Counted from the stretch's first letter, positions 48,664 to 57,509 are shown. The stretch: DNA of 64,000 bases from an uncultured Clostridia bacterium (GCA_944381075.1 CALWJT010000029.1:4767-68766), one strand, 5' to 3'. A program made the numbers and translations. Notes: generated by a model not told the origin, from the letters alone.

Positions 48664-49746
48664 TCACAGGCCGTTGTCGGACTCCCCGGCATCGGCAGGC
48701 TCCGCGGACGCACCGGAAAACGGGAGACCAAGATGCTCATACGCAAGCCTTGTCACGCAGCGTCCGCGCTGAGTGCGGTTCAGAAATCCGATCTGGATAA
48801 GATACGGCTCATAGACATCCTCGATGGTCACTGCTTCTTCACCGATGGTAGCGGCCAGCGTATCGATGCCGACAGGCCCGCCATCGTAAAACCGGATGAT
48901 CGATTCGAGCATGCGCCGATCGATATTATCAAGCCCCAGCTTGTCGATATCCAGCATGTCGAGTGCCTGGTCCGCTACCTGTGACGTGATCCTTCCGTCG
49001 CTTTTGACCTGCGCGAAATCACGCACCCGCTTGAGCAGGCGGTTGGCAATTCTCGGCGTACCGCGCGAACGCCTTGCGATCTCCATCGCACCATCATCGC
49101 TGATATCGATATTTAATATACCCGCGCTTCTCCGGATGATCCGGACCAGCTCCTCCGGCGTGTAAAGCTCAAGCCGAAGCAAGACGCCAAAACGGTCGCG
49201 CAAAGGCGTCGTGAGCTGACCTGCCCTTGTCGTCGCACCGATCAGCGTGAATTTTTCAAGCGGCAGACGGATGCTCCTTGCCGCAGGGCCCTTCCCGATG
49301 ATGATGTCAAGCGAATAATCCTCCATTGCCGGATACAAAATTTCTTCAATATTGCGGGAAAGCCGATGGATTTCATCAATAAAAAGAACGTCGTTTCGTC
49401 CGAGATTGGTCAGCAGCGCCGCAAGATCCCCCTGCTTTTCGATGGCAGGACCGGAGGTGATGCGGATATTGACGCCGAGTTCATTTGCGATGATTGCCGA
49501 AAGCGTCGTCTTGCCAAGTCCCGGAGGACCGTACAGCAGCACATGGTCCAACGCTTCCCCGCGCATTTTGGCAGCCTCGATATAGATTTTCAGGCTTTCC
49601 TTTGCCTTTTCCTGCCCGATATATTCTTCCAGCGTCTGCGGACGAAGCCCGAAGTCGAGCTCCGCGTCCTCGTCCTGCGCCGCAGCGCCGACGATCCTGT
49701 CGTCTATGGCGTCGTCCTCGTATCGGGACTCAAATTTATTTATCAT
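48664..49746 (-). CDS. ruvB: Holliday junction branch migration helicase RuvB
   Basis: 360 aa. The product reads [32 protein letters not shown] and GATTRAG, followed by a 20-aa acidic tail. Confidence 0.97.
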   Translation of the reverse strand: MINKFESRYEDDAIDDRIVGAAAQDEDAELDFGLRPQTLEEYIGQEKAKESLKIYIEAAKMRGEALDHVLLYGPPGLGKTTLSAIIANELGVNIRITSGPAIEKQGDLAALLTNLGRNDVLFIDEIHRLSRNIEEILYPAMEDYSLDIIIGKGPAARSIRLPLEKFTLIGATTRAGQLTTPLRDRFGVLLRLELYTPEELVRIIRRSAGILNIDISDDGAMEIARRSRGTPRIANRLLKRVRDFAQVKSDGRITSQVADQALDMLDIDKLGLDNIDRRMLESIIRFYDGGPVGIDTLAATIGEEAVTIEDVYEPYLIQIGFLNRTQRGRCVTRLAYEHLGLPFSGASAEPADAGESDNGL

Positions 49747-49796
49747 AAGCCGTCATCCTTTCTCTGGCATACCTCTTGCTCCGCATCGTCCAAGCC

Positions 49797-50408
49797 CTAT
49801 AGCCTCGCGCCCATTTTGCGCAGCGCCGCGGTGATCATATCCTCCAGCGGCAGCAAGGGCGGGACGCCCTTCAGCGCCGCCTGCGCCTCCTGCCTCGTAT
49901 AACCGAGGACCATCAGCGCCGTTACCGCCTCGTCTACGTTGCCAAGGACCGTCTCTTCTGCCGCGGCGGCGTCCGGCTGTACGTCCGCGATTTCCGCCGA
50001 GAATTCCTTCGCCACCTTATCCTTCAGCTCCAGTACCACACGCGCAGCCGTCTTTCCTCCGACCCCCTGCGCCTTGGAAATCGCCTTCGCATCGCCCATT
50101 GTCACCGCAAGCGCGAATTTTTCCGGCGTGAGCACGGACAAAACCGCCATCGCCGCCTTCGGTCCCACACCGGATACGGAAATCAAGAGCTTGAAGGCGG
50201 ACAGCTCCTCCACGGAAAAAAAGCCGAATAGCTCTACCGCATCCTCCCTTACGTAAAAATACGTATAAAGACATACCGGCTCGCCCAGCGATGTAAGCTT
50301 CGCCAGCGTATTGGCGCTGACCGTAAGCCTATACCCGACGCCGCCGCAGTCCACGACCGCAGCCGAAGGCTCCGTGAGAACAAGCGTCCCTTTCAAATAG
50401 TAAAACAT
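49797..50408 (-). CDS. ruvA: Holliday junction DNA helicase subunit RuvA
   Basis: 203 aa. The product reads MFYYLKGTL...GVGY.L and contains HhH motifs (VSGVGPKAA). Confidence 0.93.
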   Translation of the reverse strand: MFYYLKGTLVLTEPSAAVVDCGGVGYRLTVSANTLAKLTSLGEPVCLYTYFYVREDAVELFGFFSVEELSAFKLLISVSGVGPKAAMAVLSVLTPEKFALAVTMGDAKAISKAQGVGGKTAARVVLELKDKVAKEFSAEIADVQPDAAAAEETVLGNVDEAVTALMVLGYTRQEAQAALKGVPPLLPLEDMITAALRKMGARL

Positions 50409-50426
50409 GCGAGTCCCTCTTTTTTC

Positions 50427-50942
50427 TTACAGCAATTTTTGTTTTTTTTGGTTGTAATACCCCTGCATCTTGGAGCCTGCACAGTGCGCATGGCAGATCG
50501 CAAGCGCAAGCGCATCTGCCGTGTCATCAAGCTTCGGCGCATGCTCCAGCTTCAAAATCATCTTTACAAGAGCTATCACCTGAGATTTTTCCGCTCTCCC
50601 GTAGCCGACAACGGATTGCTTTACCTGAAGCGGCGTATACTCGCTGATCCTGATGTTTTTTTTCGTGGCAGCAAGCAAAATAACGCCCCTCGCCTCCGCT
50701 ACCGCGATCGCCGTTTTTTGATTGGTATTGAAAAACAGCTCCTCGATCGCCATTTCATGCGGATGATACATTTCAATCAGCTCGCACATATCGTCATACA
50801 CCATTTCGAGCCGGCGCTCCACGTCGATCCCCGCCGGCGTCTGGATCGACCCCATCGCAAGCGTTTTGAATACGGAATTCCGATATTCGATCACGCCGTA
50901 GCCGACGATGGCGATCCCCGGATCGATCCCCAGTATTATCAT
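50427..50942 (-). CDS. ruvC: Crossover junction endodeoxyribonuclease RuvC
   Basis: 171 aa. The product reads MIILGIDPGIAIVGYGVI...EELFF...DAADALALAICH. Confidence 0.93.
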   Translation of the reverse strand: MIILGIDPGIAIVGYGVIEYRNSVFKTLAMGSIQTPAGIDVERRLEMVYDDMCELIEMYHPHEMAIEELFFNTNQKTAIAVAEARGVILLAATKKNIRISEYTPLQVKQSVVGYGRAEKSQVIALVKMILKLEHAPKLDDTADALALAICHAHCAGSKMQGYYNQKKQKLL

Positions 50943-51946
50943 GACGGTCCCCTTTCCGTTCTGTCATAGATACCGACGGCAGCCGCTTGGGGATATTCCA
51001 GCGCAAGATAGGAAAACAGTCCCGCACAATCGGCGCCGGAAAGCCCGAAAATCATGTCGAACGCACCCGCGCGTCCTGAGAACAAAAGCGGAAGCGCTTC
51101 GACCGACTCCAGCGTAGCGCCGAAATATTCCGCGGCATCGGCAAGATCGGCAAGATCGGAAATTCTCTCAAAGGTGATTTTGCATTCGAGCAGCGGGGTC
51201 CCCTGCGTCGGGATATATACTCTGTCTCGGTACACAAGCGCGAAAGTTGTCGAACTCTCGCCGTCGTCAGAATCGACGTCGCAGGAAAGGACGATATTCA
51301 GCTCATACTTCTCCATCAGCCGGTAAAAGCTGTTGAGCCTTCCGTCTGAGGTACTGGCAATCGGAATGACCGCATAAGTCGCCTCGCCGGTATAGACCGA
51401 CTCGCAGGCGTTCTGGAAATTATCCTCATAAACGGCGGAAACACCGCCAAGATATTTGGCAAACCGCTCAAATGCGCGGGATGCCTGCCGGTTCCTTAAA
51501 AACGCGACCCTTTTCTCCCTTCCGTACGGAAGCTCCGACAGGCCTCCTAAAACAAGCGGGATCATGGATTTCAGATCATGCGTGCCGGCGGCCTCTGCAA
51601 TACATTTGCACAGATACAGACGGTCGAAGCGTTTCCCTTGCCGAAAGAAAAAGGGCTCCTCAGCATGATTTACGTTTCCAAACAGCGGCGTCTTGACAGC
51701 CTCACTCACGCTTTCTCTGTAAAGGCGGACCGCTTCATCGGTGGTCAGGACCGCCTCCAAAAGATCAGAACAGCCGGCTTCCCTTAACATACGGCGCGCC
51801 AAAAGAGATGCTTTTTCTTTTATATGGGCAAATCGCTTTTCGACGGCAGAGGCTTCCTGTACGGCCGTTCTTTCCAGATTCCTCGATATTGCGGCAAGCG
51901 CGCCCTGTGCGGACAGCCCGGTCAACCGCTCAGATGTGTGTTCCAT
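50939..51946 (-). CDS. Hypothetical protein with truncated prephenate-dehydratase-like and ACT-like regions
   Basis: 335 aa. Residues 150-240 resemble the first half of a PDT domain (VAFL..., GEATYAVIPIASTSDG). This is followed directly by SSTTFALV, where PDT enzymes have N.TRF.VL, and then an ACT-like C-terminus ending AAVGIY. Its stop overlaps the ruvC ATG (ATGA). Confidence 0.6.
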   Translation of the reverse strand: MEHTSERLTGLSAQGALAAISRNLERTAVQEASAVEKRFAHIKEKASLLARRMLREAGCSDLLEAVLTTDEAVRLYRESVSEAVKTPLFGNVNHAEEPFFFRQGKRFDRLYLCKCIAEAAGTHDLKSMIPLVLGGLSELPYGREKRVAFLRNRQASRAFERFAKYLGGVSAVYEDNFQNACESVYTGEATYAVIPIASTSDGRLNSFYRLMEKYELNIVLSCDVDSDDGESSTTFALVYRDRVYIPTQGTPLLECKITFERISDLADLADAAEYFGATLESVEALPLLFSGRAGAFDMIFGLSGADCAGLFSYLALEYPQAAAVGIYDRTERGPS

Positions 51947-52039
51947 GCTCTCCCGCCGCCTCCTTTTTTCTGTCCCGCTTCTATTTCCATAAGCAAAAAT
52001 ATTATAATTTAAAATAATATATCATAATTCCCAGAATAT

Positions 52040-52093
52040 TTCAAGGGAATTTTCTGCAAATTCACATCCCGTCCATAAAATTCAAGGGAATTT
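52040..52093. repeat. 13-bp direct repeat TTCAAGGGAATTT x2 in the divergent promoter region
   Basis: Identical copies occur at 52040-52052 and 52081-52093, 41 bp from start to start. The first copy also pairs with AATTCCC at 52026-52032 as an inverted repeat. Confidence 0.7.
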
Positions 52094-52178
52094 AAAAATT
52101 ATATTTACAAACCTCAAACTTTGCGATATGATATGCTATAAAAAAGCAAATCAAGAAATTTTATTGTGTGAGGAAACG

Positions 52179-53180
52179 ATGCAGGGATGGATTTCCATTA
52201 ACGGCAAGCGGTTCGGCTGTATCTGGCTTTCTCCTATGGCCGGGATGACCGATCCCGCTTTCCGAAAAATTTGCAAGGCTCACGGAGCCGACTATATGAC
52301 GACAGAAATGGTGTCTGCTAAAGCCATTTGCTACGGAGATAAAAAAACGCCGGTCCTCGCCCGGATCCGTCCGGAGGAGATGCCGTGCGCCGTTCAGCTG
52401 TTCGGCAGCGATCCCGGCATCATGGCAGAGGCGGCAGAAAAAATCCTTGAGCGCGCCGAAAAGGACGGAACGCTTCCGGCCGCCATCGACGTCAACATGG
52501 GCTGCCCCATGCCAAAGATCGTGAAAAACGGAGACGGGAGCGCGCTCATGAGGGAGCCTGAAAAAGCGGCGGACATCATACGGGCAATGTGCGCCGTATG
52601 CGGAAAAATCCCCGTTACAGCCAAGCTGAGACTCGGCTGGGACGGGGAAAGCATCCACGTGGTAGAAATGGCGAAAAGTCTGGAGCAGGCCGGTGCCGCG
52701 GCGCTCTGCATCCATGCGCGGACCCGCGCTGAGCTGTACTCGCCCGGGATCCATCCGGAATATATCGGCGCGGTCAAGAAGGCCGTCGGGATTCCCATTA
52801 TCGGGAACGGAGATGTTTTCCATGCCGCGGACGCACGGCGCCTCTTCGACACGACCGGCTGCGACGGCGTCGCCGTCGCGCGCGGCGCGCTCGGAAATCC
52901 GTGGATCTTTGAAGAGATCCATGCCATGCTGCGGGGAGAGCCATACTTGCCGCCGTCCCCCGCCGAACGGATCGAGGAGGCGCTGCACCATTTCGCCTTG
53001 ATGAGGGAAGATAAGGGAGAGAAAGTCGCCGTTTCAGAAAGCCGCGCCGCCATTGCCTATTACACCAAAGGAATGGAAGGCTCCGCACGTATACGCGGGC
53101 TCATGAATACGGCGGACAGCGCAGGCCGGGTCATTCAAATCCTCAGGGACTATCAAAAGGAATTGCAGGAACAGATATGA
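52179..53180 (+). CDS. dusB: tRNA-dihydrouridine synthase (DusB-like)
   Basis: The product contains LSPMAGMTDPAFR, VQLFGSDP, IDVNMGCP and KLRLGW motifs. I chose ATG 52179 (GAGGAA upstream). Confidence 0.9.
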   Translation: MQGWISINGKRFGCIWLSPMAGMTDPAFRKICKAHGADYMTTEMVSAKAICYGDKKTPVLARIRPEEMPCAVQLFGSDPGIMAEAAEKILERAEKDGTLPAAIDVNMGCPMPKIVKNGDGSALMREPEKAADIIRAMCAVCGKIPVTAKLRLGWDGESIHVVEMAKSLEQAGAAALCIHARTRAELYSPGIHPEYIGAVKKAVGIPIIGNGDVFHAADARRLFDTTGCDGVAVARGALGNPWIFEEIHAMLRGEPYLPPSPAERIEEALHHFALMREDKGEKVAVSESRAAIAYYTKGMEGSARIRGLMNTADSAGRVIQILRDYQKELQEQI

Positions 53181-53848
53181 GACAGAGCGCTGAGTTAAAG
53201 CTGGCATTTCTTGGCGACAGCATCACAGAAGGATGCTTTGAATTTTATCCCTGTTCCTATGGATTTGAAACGCAAAGGCATCCGGAGGACGGCTATGCCT
53301 GGAAAACCGTAAAAGCTCTCCGCAAAAAATACGGGGAGCCCTCTGTCGCCTATTGGAATTTCGCAAAAAGCGGATATAACGCGCATACGGCGCTTCCGCT
53401 GTCCCTCGACTTGATCCGAACAAGCCCCGACATCGCGGTCGTCTGCTTTGGACTAAACGACGCTCTGCATCCGGAGGAACGATTTGAAGCCGCGCTGAAA
53501 ACGCTTTTCGAGCGACTGACCAGCGCCGTTCCACACGTGGTTTTCGTAACGCCGAACAGGATGAACAGCTATCTGCATCCGGATACGCTTCCCTGCGCCC
53601 GAAAGCTTGCCTTGAAAACCATGTCGACACAGACAAGCGGAAAATTCGACCGCATGATGGCTGCCGCCGGAAAGCTATACCGGGAATACGGAATCACGGT
53701 CTGCGACGTTTACGCCTATTGGGAGCGTTTGTCCTGCAGCGGTGTCGATACCACGGAGCTCCTTGTCAACCGCATCAACCATCCGACGGCCGAAATGCAT
53801 GACGTCACCGCAGTCATGCTGACGGATACCATAGAAAACCTGTTATAG
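53177..53848 (+). CDS. SGNH/GDSL hydrolase family protein
   Basis: It has block I (FLGDSITEG), block III (GLND) and block V-like (NHPT) motifs. It has an ATGA overlap with dusB. Confidence 0.82.
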   Translation: MRQSAELKLAFLGDSITEGCFEFYPCSYGFETQRHPEDGYAWKTVKALRKKYGEPSVAYWNFAKSGYNAHTALPLSLDLIRTSPDIAVVCFGLNDALHPEERFEAALKTLFERLTSAVPHVVFVTPNRMNSYLHPDTLPCARKLALKTMSTQTSGKFDRMMAAAGKLYREYGITVCDVYAYWERLSCSGVDTTELLVNRINHPTAEMHDVTAVMLTDTIENLL

Positions 53849-53850
53849 CC

Positions 53851-54111
53851 TCATTCTCTTTTTTCTCTCTTCTCCAGCATATCGAAAAGCAGGCTTCCCA
53901 TGACGGAAAATACAAGGCTCAGGCCAAGCCTGTCCAGCATATAAAGAATGGTATCCATGCTGGCTGCGATTTCATATGTATCCTTTCCGCCGACATAAAC
54001 AGCCGTATACAGCGCCATCGCCAAAACCGCAGGAAGCGTCAGGAGCAGAAGGCGCTGGGCACCTCGTCCAAGCTTTGGACATTTGAGCGTTTTTTTCTTC
54101 TTTTTTTCCAT
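53851..54111 (-). CDS. Small two-TM membrane protein, unknown function
   Basis: 86 aa with a Lys-rich N-terminus (MEKKKKKT) and two hydrophobic helices. It has a strong RBS (GAAGGAG 7 nt upstream). Confidence 0.55.
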   Translation of the reverse strand: MEKKKKKTLKCPKLGRGAQRLLLLTLPAVLAMALYTAVYVGGKDTYEIAASMDTILYMLDRLGLSLVFSVMGSLLFDMLEKREKRE

Positions 54112-54313
54112 ATGTAAACTCCTTCAGGCAAGCCCCCTCATTCTGGGACAGGCTGCTCATCTGCCTTTGATTATACGCGGAATACGGGATTTTGTCATCG
54201 GTGGCTTTTTGGAAAACGTGTCAGATTTCTCCTTTATACCACATAGGAGCCTTTAGAAGCATATTTTCTTGGCAAAAAGTTATGAAATCCGTCAAAATTT
54301 TCCGGATTACCGA

Positions 54314-54342
54314 TTTACTTTTTTGAAATCATGTGCTATAAT
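54314..54342 (+). promoter_or_regulatory. Candidate extended -10 promoter of nrdR
   Basis: TTTACT (54314-54319), a 17-nt spacer ending TGc, then TATAAT (54337-54342). Confidence 0.55.
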
Positions 54343-54387
54343 AGAAAAGAAAAGCAAGAAAATTTTATGTTGGGGAGGCATGCCGCA

Positions 54388-54858
54388 TTGAAGTGTCCCG
54401 TCTGCGGATATACCGAAAGCAAGGTCATCGATTCACGGCCGACAGAAGAAGGCTCCAGCATCCGGCGCCGGCGGGAATGTCTTTCCTGCCAAAATCGATT
54501 TACCACCTATGAGGTCATCGAGAGCCTGCCTCTTATTGTGGTGAAAAAAGACAATACACGCGAAGTTTTTGACAAATCCAAGCTGCTGGCAGGGATCATG
54601 AAATCCTGCTATAAATGTCCCGTCACGATGGAGCAGATGGAAAACGTGGCAAATGAAATCGAGTCTGAGCTGCAGAATTCCCTGAGCAGAGAGGTCTCCT
54701 CGAAGCACATCGGCGTTCTTGTCATGGAGAAGTTAAAGGCCATCAATGACGTGGCATATGTCCGGTTCGCTTCCATCTATCGGGAATTCAAGGATCTGGA
54801 GACGTTCATGCGTGAGCTTGAGGCACTGAAAAACGAAAAGGAACAGAACCTGAAATAG
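54388..54858 (+). CDS. nrdR: Transcriptional repressor NrdR
   Basis: It uses a TTG start 9 nt after GGGGAGG, giving (M)KCPVCGYTESKVIDSRPTEEG..IRRRRECLSCQNRFTTYE (zinc ribbon) followed by an ATP-cone. The track start at 54331 adds 19 unlikely codons. Confidence 0.93.
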   Translation: MKCPVCGYTESKVIDSRPTEEGSSIRRRRECLSCQNRFTTYEVIESLPLIVVKKDNTREVFDKSKLLAGIMKSCYKCPVTMEQMENVANEIESELQNSLSREVSSKHIGVLVMEKLKAINDVAYVRFASIYREFKDLETFMRELEALKNEKEQNLK

Positions 54859-54891
54859 AATTCCAATGCCTTTCACCGATACCGTGCAACA

Positions 54892-54912
54892 AACGGCTCC
54901 GCCGTTTTTTAT
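54892..54912 (+). terminator. Weak terminator after nrdR
   Basis: AACGGC-tcc-GCCGTT followed by TTTT. The stem is only 6 bp and the loop is very short. Confidence 0.4.
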
Positions 54913-54945
54913 ATAGATAACGAACCATTGAAAGGATATTTTGGT

Positions 54946-55863
54946 ATGATTTCTATTAAGGAAACGACCTATAAAAACTTTGGGAAATGCCTCGCCATTT
55001 CCAATGATGCGATGGAGATCTACGTGACCATCGACATCGGACCGCGCATTATCAAATGCAATCTGCTCGGCAAAGAGAATCTCATGTTCGAGGACATCGA
55101 GCGCAAGAAAACGTCGGATGTCTCTTCTGTTTTCGGAGAAGGAAAGCTGTGGTATATCTACGGCGGACACCGGATGTGGCTGTCCCCCGAAAAGCTTCCC
55201 GAAACGTATTATCCGGATTGCGAAAAGGTGGTATATTCCGTCAATCAGACGGGAGCCGTGTTCGATCCGCCCGTTCAGGCCGTCACCGGTCTGCAGTTTT
55301 CTATGAGCATCTCTATGGACGAGACGGAACCGAAATTCACCGCAACACATACGGTAAAAAACACAAAGAAAGAATCCGTCACCGGCGCCGTATGGTGCCT
55401 GTCCGTCATGGATAAAAACGGCGCTGTGATAGTACCGCAGCCACAGGAGGACACGGGACTTCTTGCCAACCGTGTGCTGGCCCTGTGGCCCTACACGAAA
55501 ATGACAGATCCCAGAATCTTCTGGGGAGACCGGTACATTGCGCTAAGACAGGATCCCGGCATATCTCAAAGCATCAAGTTCGGCATCAACAATACGGCGG
55601 GAAAAATCGCCTATGTCAATCACGGACAGGCGCTTGTCAAGTCCTATGCCGTTAATGCAGCCGGAAGCTATCCTGACTTTGGCTGCTCCTGCGAGGCGTA
55701 TGCGTGCGACCTGTTCACCGAGGCAGAATCCCTCTCTGAGATGAAAACGCTGAAAAAAGGAGAGCAGATCTCTCATACAGAGGTTTGGACGCTCACTCCC
55801 GATATCGAGATCGGCAGCTTTTCCAACGAGTCGCTCGATGCGCTGGCGGAAAAAATCTTTTAA
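54946..55863 (+). CDS. Hypothetical protein, possibly galactose-mutarotase-like (DUF4380-like)
   Basis: 305 aa, beta-rich and cytoplasmic. The features that suggest an aldose-epimerase-like fold are GGHRMWLSPE and a late E..S.E motif. The assignment is from memory and weak. I chose ATG 54946 (AAAGGA upstream). Confidence 0.5.
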   Translation: MISIKETTYKNFGKCLAISNDAMEIYVTIDIGPRIIKCNLLGKENLMFEDIERKKTSDVSSVFGEGKLWYIYGGHRMWLSPEKLPETYYPDCEKVVYSVNQTGAVFDPPVQAVTGLQFSMSISMDETEPKFTATHTVKNTKKESVTGAVWCLSVMDKNGAVIVPQPQEDTGLLANRVLALWPYTKMTDPRIFWGDRYIALRQDPGISQSIKFGINNTAGKIAYVNHGQALVKSYAVNAAGSYPDFGCSCEAYACDLFTEAESLSEMKTLKKGEQISHTEVWTLTPDIEIGSFSNESLDALAEKIF

Positions 55864-55911
55864 GAGGTATCAAGTCTCTCATTTACAAAAATAAAATAAT
55901 GCGTCATAAAA

Positions 55912-55938
55912 GCGGACAGCCGGCGCTGTCTGCTTTTT
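55912..55938 (+). terminator. Rho-independent terminator
   Basis: GCGGACAGC-cggc-GCTGTCTGC followed by TTTTT. Confidence 0.8.
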
Positions 55939-56028
55939 GCCGTTTTGCTTTTGCAAAGCGATAAATCGGGTGACTGCGGCAATATTCCAAGCAGCCATCG
56001 TATTTTTCATAAAATATTTATGCGGATG

Positions 56029-56057
56029 TTGACAAAGCCGTCTTCCCATTATAAAAT
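56029..56057 (+). promoter_or_regulatory. Sigma-A promoter of the metal-exporter-like gene
   Basis: TTGACA (56029-56034), 17 nt, then TAAAAT (56052-56057), 30 nt upstream of the ATG. Confidence 0.65.
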
Positions 56058-56087
56058 GAAAACATGATTCTATAAAAAGGAGAGTCC

Positions 56088-56939
56088 ATGCTCGACGTAC
56101 TTTTGGAAGCCTTGCTCGATACGGCAAAGCTGATTCCGTTTTTATTCATCACATATCTGATTCTTGAATTCATTGAACACAAGGCGGCCGAAAAAACACA
56201 GGCGGCCGCCGCAAAGGCCGGCGTATTCGGCCCGGCGGTCGGCGGACTGCTCGGCGTCGTTCCCCAATGCGGCTTTTCCGCCTCCGCCGCAAACTTATAT
56301 GCGGGCGGCGTCATTTCGGCCGGAACGCTTATCGCGATTTTCCTTTCCACCTCGGATGAAATGCTGCCCGTCATGCTCTCTGAGCAGGCTCCCGTGACAC
56401 GCATCCTCACCATTCTCGCCATCAAAGCGGCCTGCGGGATCGTCATCGGATTTGCCGTAGACCTTGTCCTCCGCCTTTGCAGAAAAACGCCGCGGAAGGA
56501 CAGCATCTCTAAGCTCTGCCATGACGAGCACTGCCATTGCGAAAAGGGGATTTGGGTGTCTTCCCTTATTCATACCGGACAAATTGCACTGTTTATTTTC
56601 GTGTTTTCCCTGCTCGTCGGCAGCATCATCTATTTCATCGGAGAGGAACAGATCGCCGCGCTCGCTTCCAGGGTCGGGGTGCTCGGTCCCGTCGTCTGCG
56701 GCCTTATCGGGCTTATCCCGAACTGTGCGTCCTCGGTCGTTCTGACAGAGCTTTTCCTTGATGGGGTCATCAGTACCGGCTCCATGCTGGCGGGGCTTCT
56801 TGCGGGATCCGGAGTAGGCCTTCTCATTCTCTTCCGTATCCACAAGAATCTAAAGGAAAACCTGATTATAGCCGCCGTTATTTATCTCTCCGGACTTGCC
56901 GTCGGCATATCGTTCGACCTTGCCGGCATCACCTTATAA
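56088..56939 (+). CDS. Putative 10-TM heavy-metal/manganese exporter family protein (ArsP_2-like)
   Basis: 283 aa. The two internally repeated halves each carry (V/I)P(Q/N)C(G/A)(F/S)S(A/V) (GVVPQCGFSASAANLY and GLIPNCASSVVLTELF), as I recall for this family. Confidence 0.72.
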   Translation: MLDVLLEALLDTAKLIPFLFITYLILEFIEHKAAEKTQAAAAKAGVFGPAVGGLLGVVPQCGFSASAANLYAGGVISAGTLIAIFLSTSDEMLPVMLSEQAPVTRILTILAIKAACGIVIGFAVDLVLRLCRKTPRKDSISKLCHDEHCHCEKGIWVSSLIHTGQIALFIFVFSLLVGSIIYFIGEEQIAALASRVGVLGPVVCGLIGLIPNCASSVVLTELFLDGVISTGSMLAGLLAGSGVGLLILFRIHKNLKENLIIAAVIYLSGLAVGISFDLAGITL

Positions 56940-56964
56940 TCCATATTAGATTTAGGAGAAAAAC

Positions 56965-57444
56965 ATGCAGGATTCCATTCAAGCCGTAAGGGCATATTTA
57001 AAAGCGTTCGGAATGGAGCAGAAAATCATGGAGCTTCCGACTTCGAGTGCTACCGTCGCACTCGCAGCAGAAGCGCTGGGAACAGAGTCTGCCCGGATCG
57101 CGAAAACATTGTCGCTCGATCTCGACGGAACCGTGCTGCTCATCGTCTGTGCCGGAGACACCAAGATCGACAATGCGAAATACAAGGCAACATTTCATGC
57201 CAAGGCAAAAATGCTGACGCCGGATGAGGTGCCAAGCCGTGTGGGACACGCTGTCGGCGGCGTATGCCCGTTCGCCGTAAAGGAAGGCGTATCCATATAT
57301 CTCGACCTCTCTCTGAAACGCTTTCAAACCGTATATCCCGCCTGCGGAAGTACAAACAGCGCCATCGAGCTTGCCCCGGAGGATATCTTCCGGATTTCCG
57401 GCGCGCGGGACTGGGTCGACGTCTGCAAGCCGGCCGGACAATAA
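56965..57444 (+). CDS. ybaK: YbaK/EbsC-family aminoacyl-tRNA deacylase
   Basis: 159 aa containing IAKTL and GHAVGGVCPF motifs. Confidence 0.88.
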   Translation: MQDSIQAVRAYLKAFGMEQKIMELPTSSATVALAAEALGTESARIAKTLSLDLDGTVLLIVCAGDTKIDNAKYKATFHAKAKMLTPDEVPSRVGHAVGGVCPFAVKEGVSIYLDLSLKRFQTVYPACGSTNSAIELAPEDIFRISGARDWVDVCKPAGQ

Positions 57445-57459
57445 TAAGGACGCCAAGAT

Positions 57460-57501
57460 AAAAGGCATTTCTGCCGCTGAAGCGGCAGAAATGCCTTTTT
57501 T
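57460..57501. terminator. Bidirectional terminator between convergent ybaK and the esterase gene
   Basis: An 18-bp perfect stem pairs AAAAGGCATTTCTGCCGC with GCGGCAGAAATGCCTTTT around a tgaa loop. T-runs are present on both strands. Confidence 0.9.
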
Positions 57502-57509
57502 GATACGGT

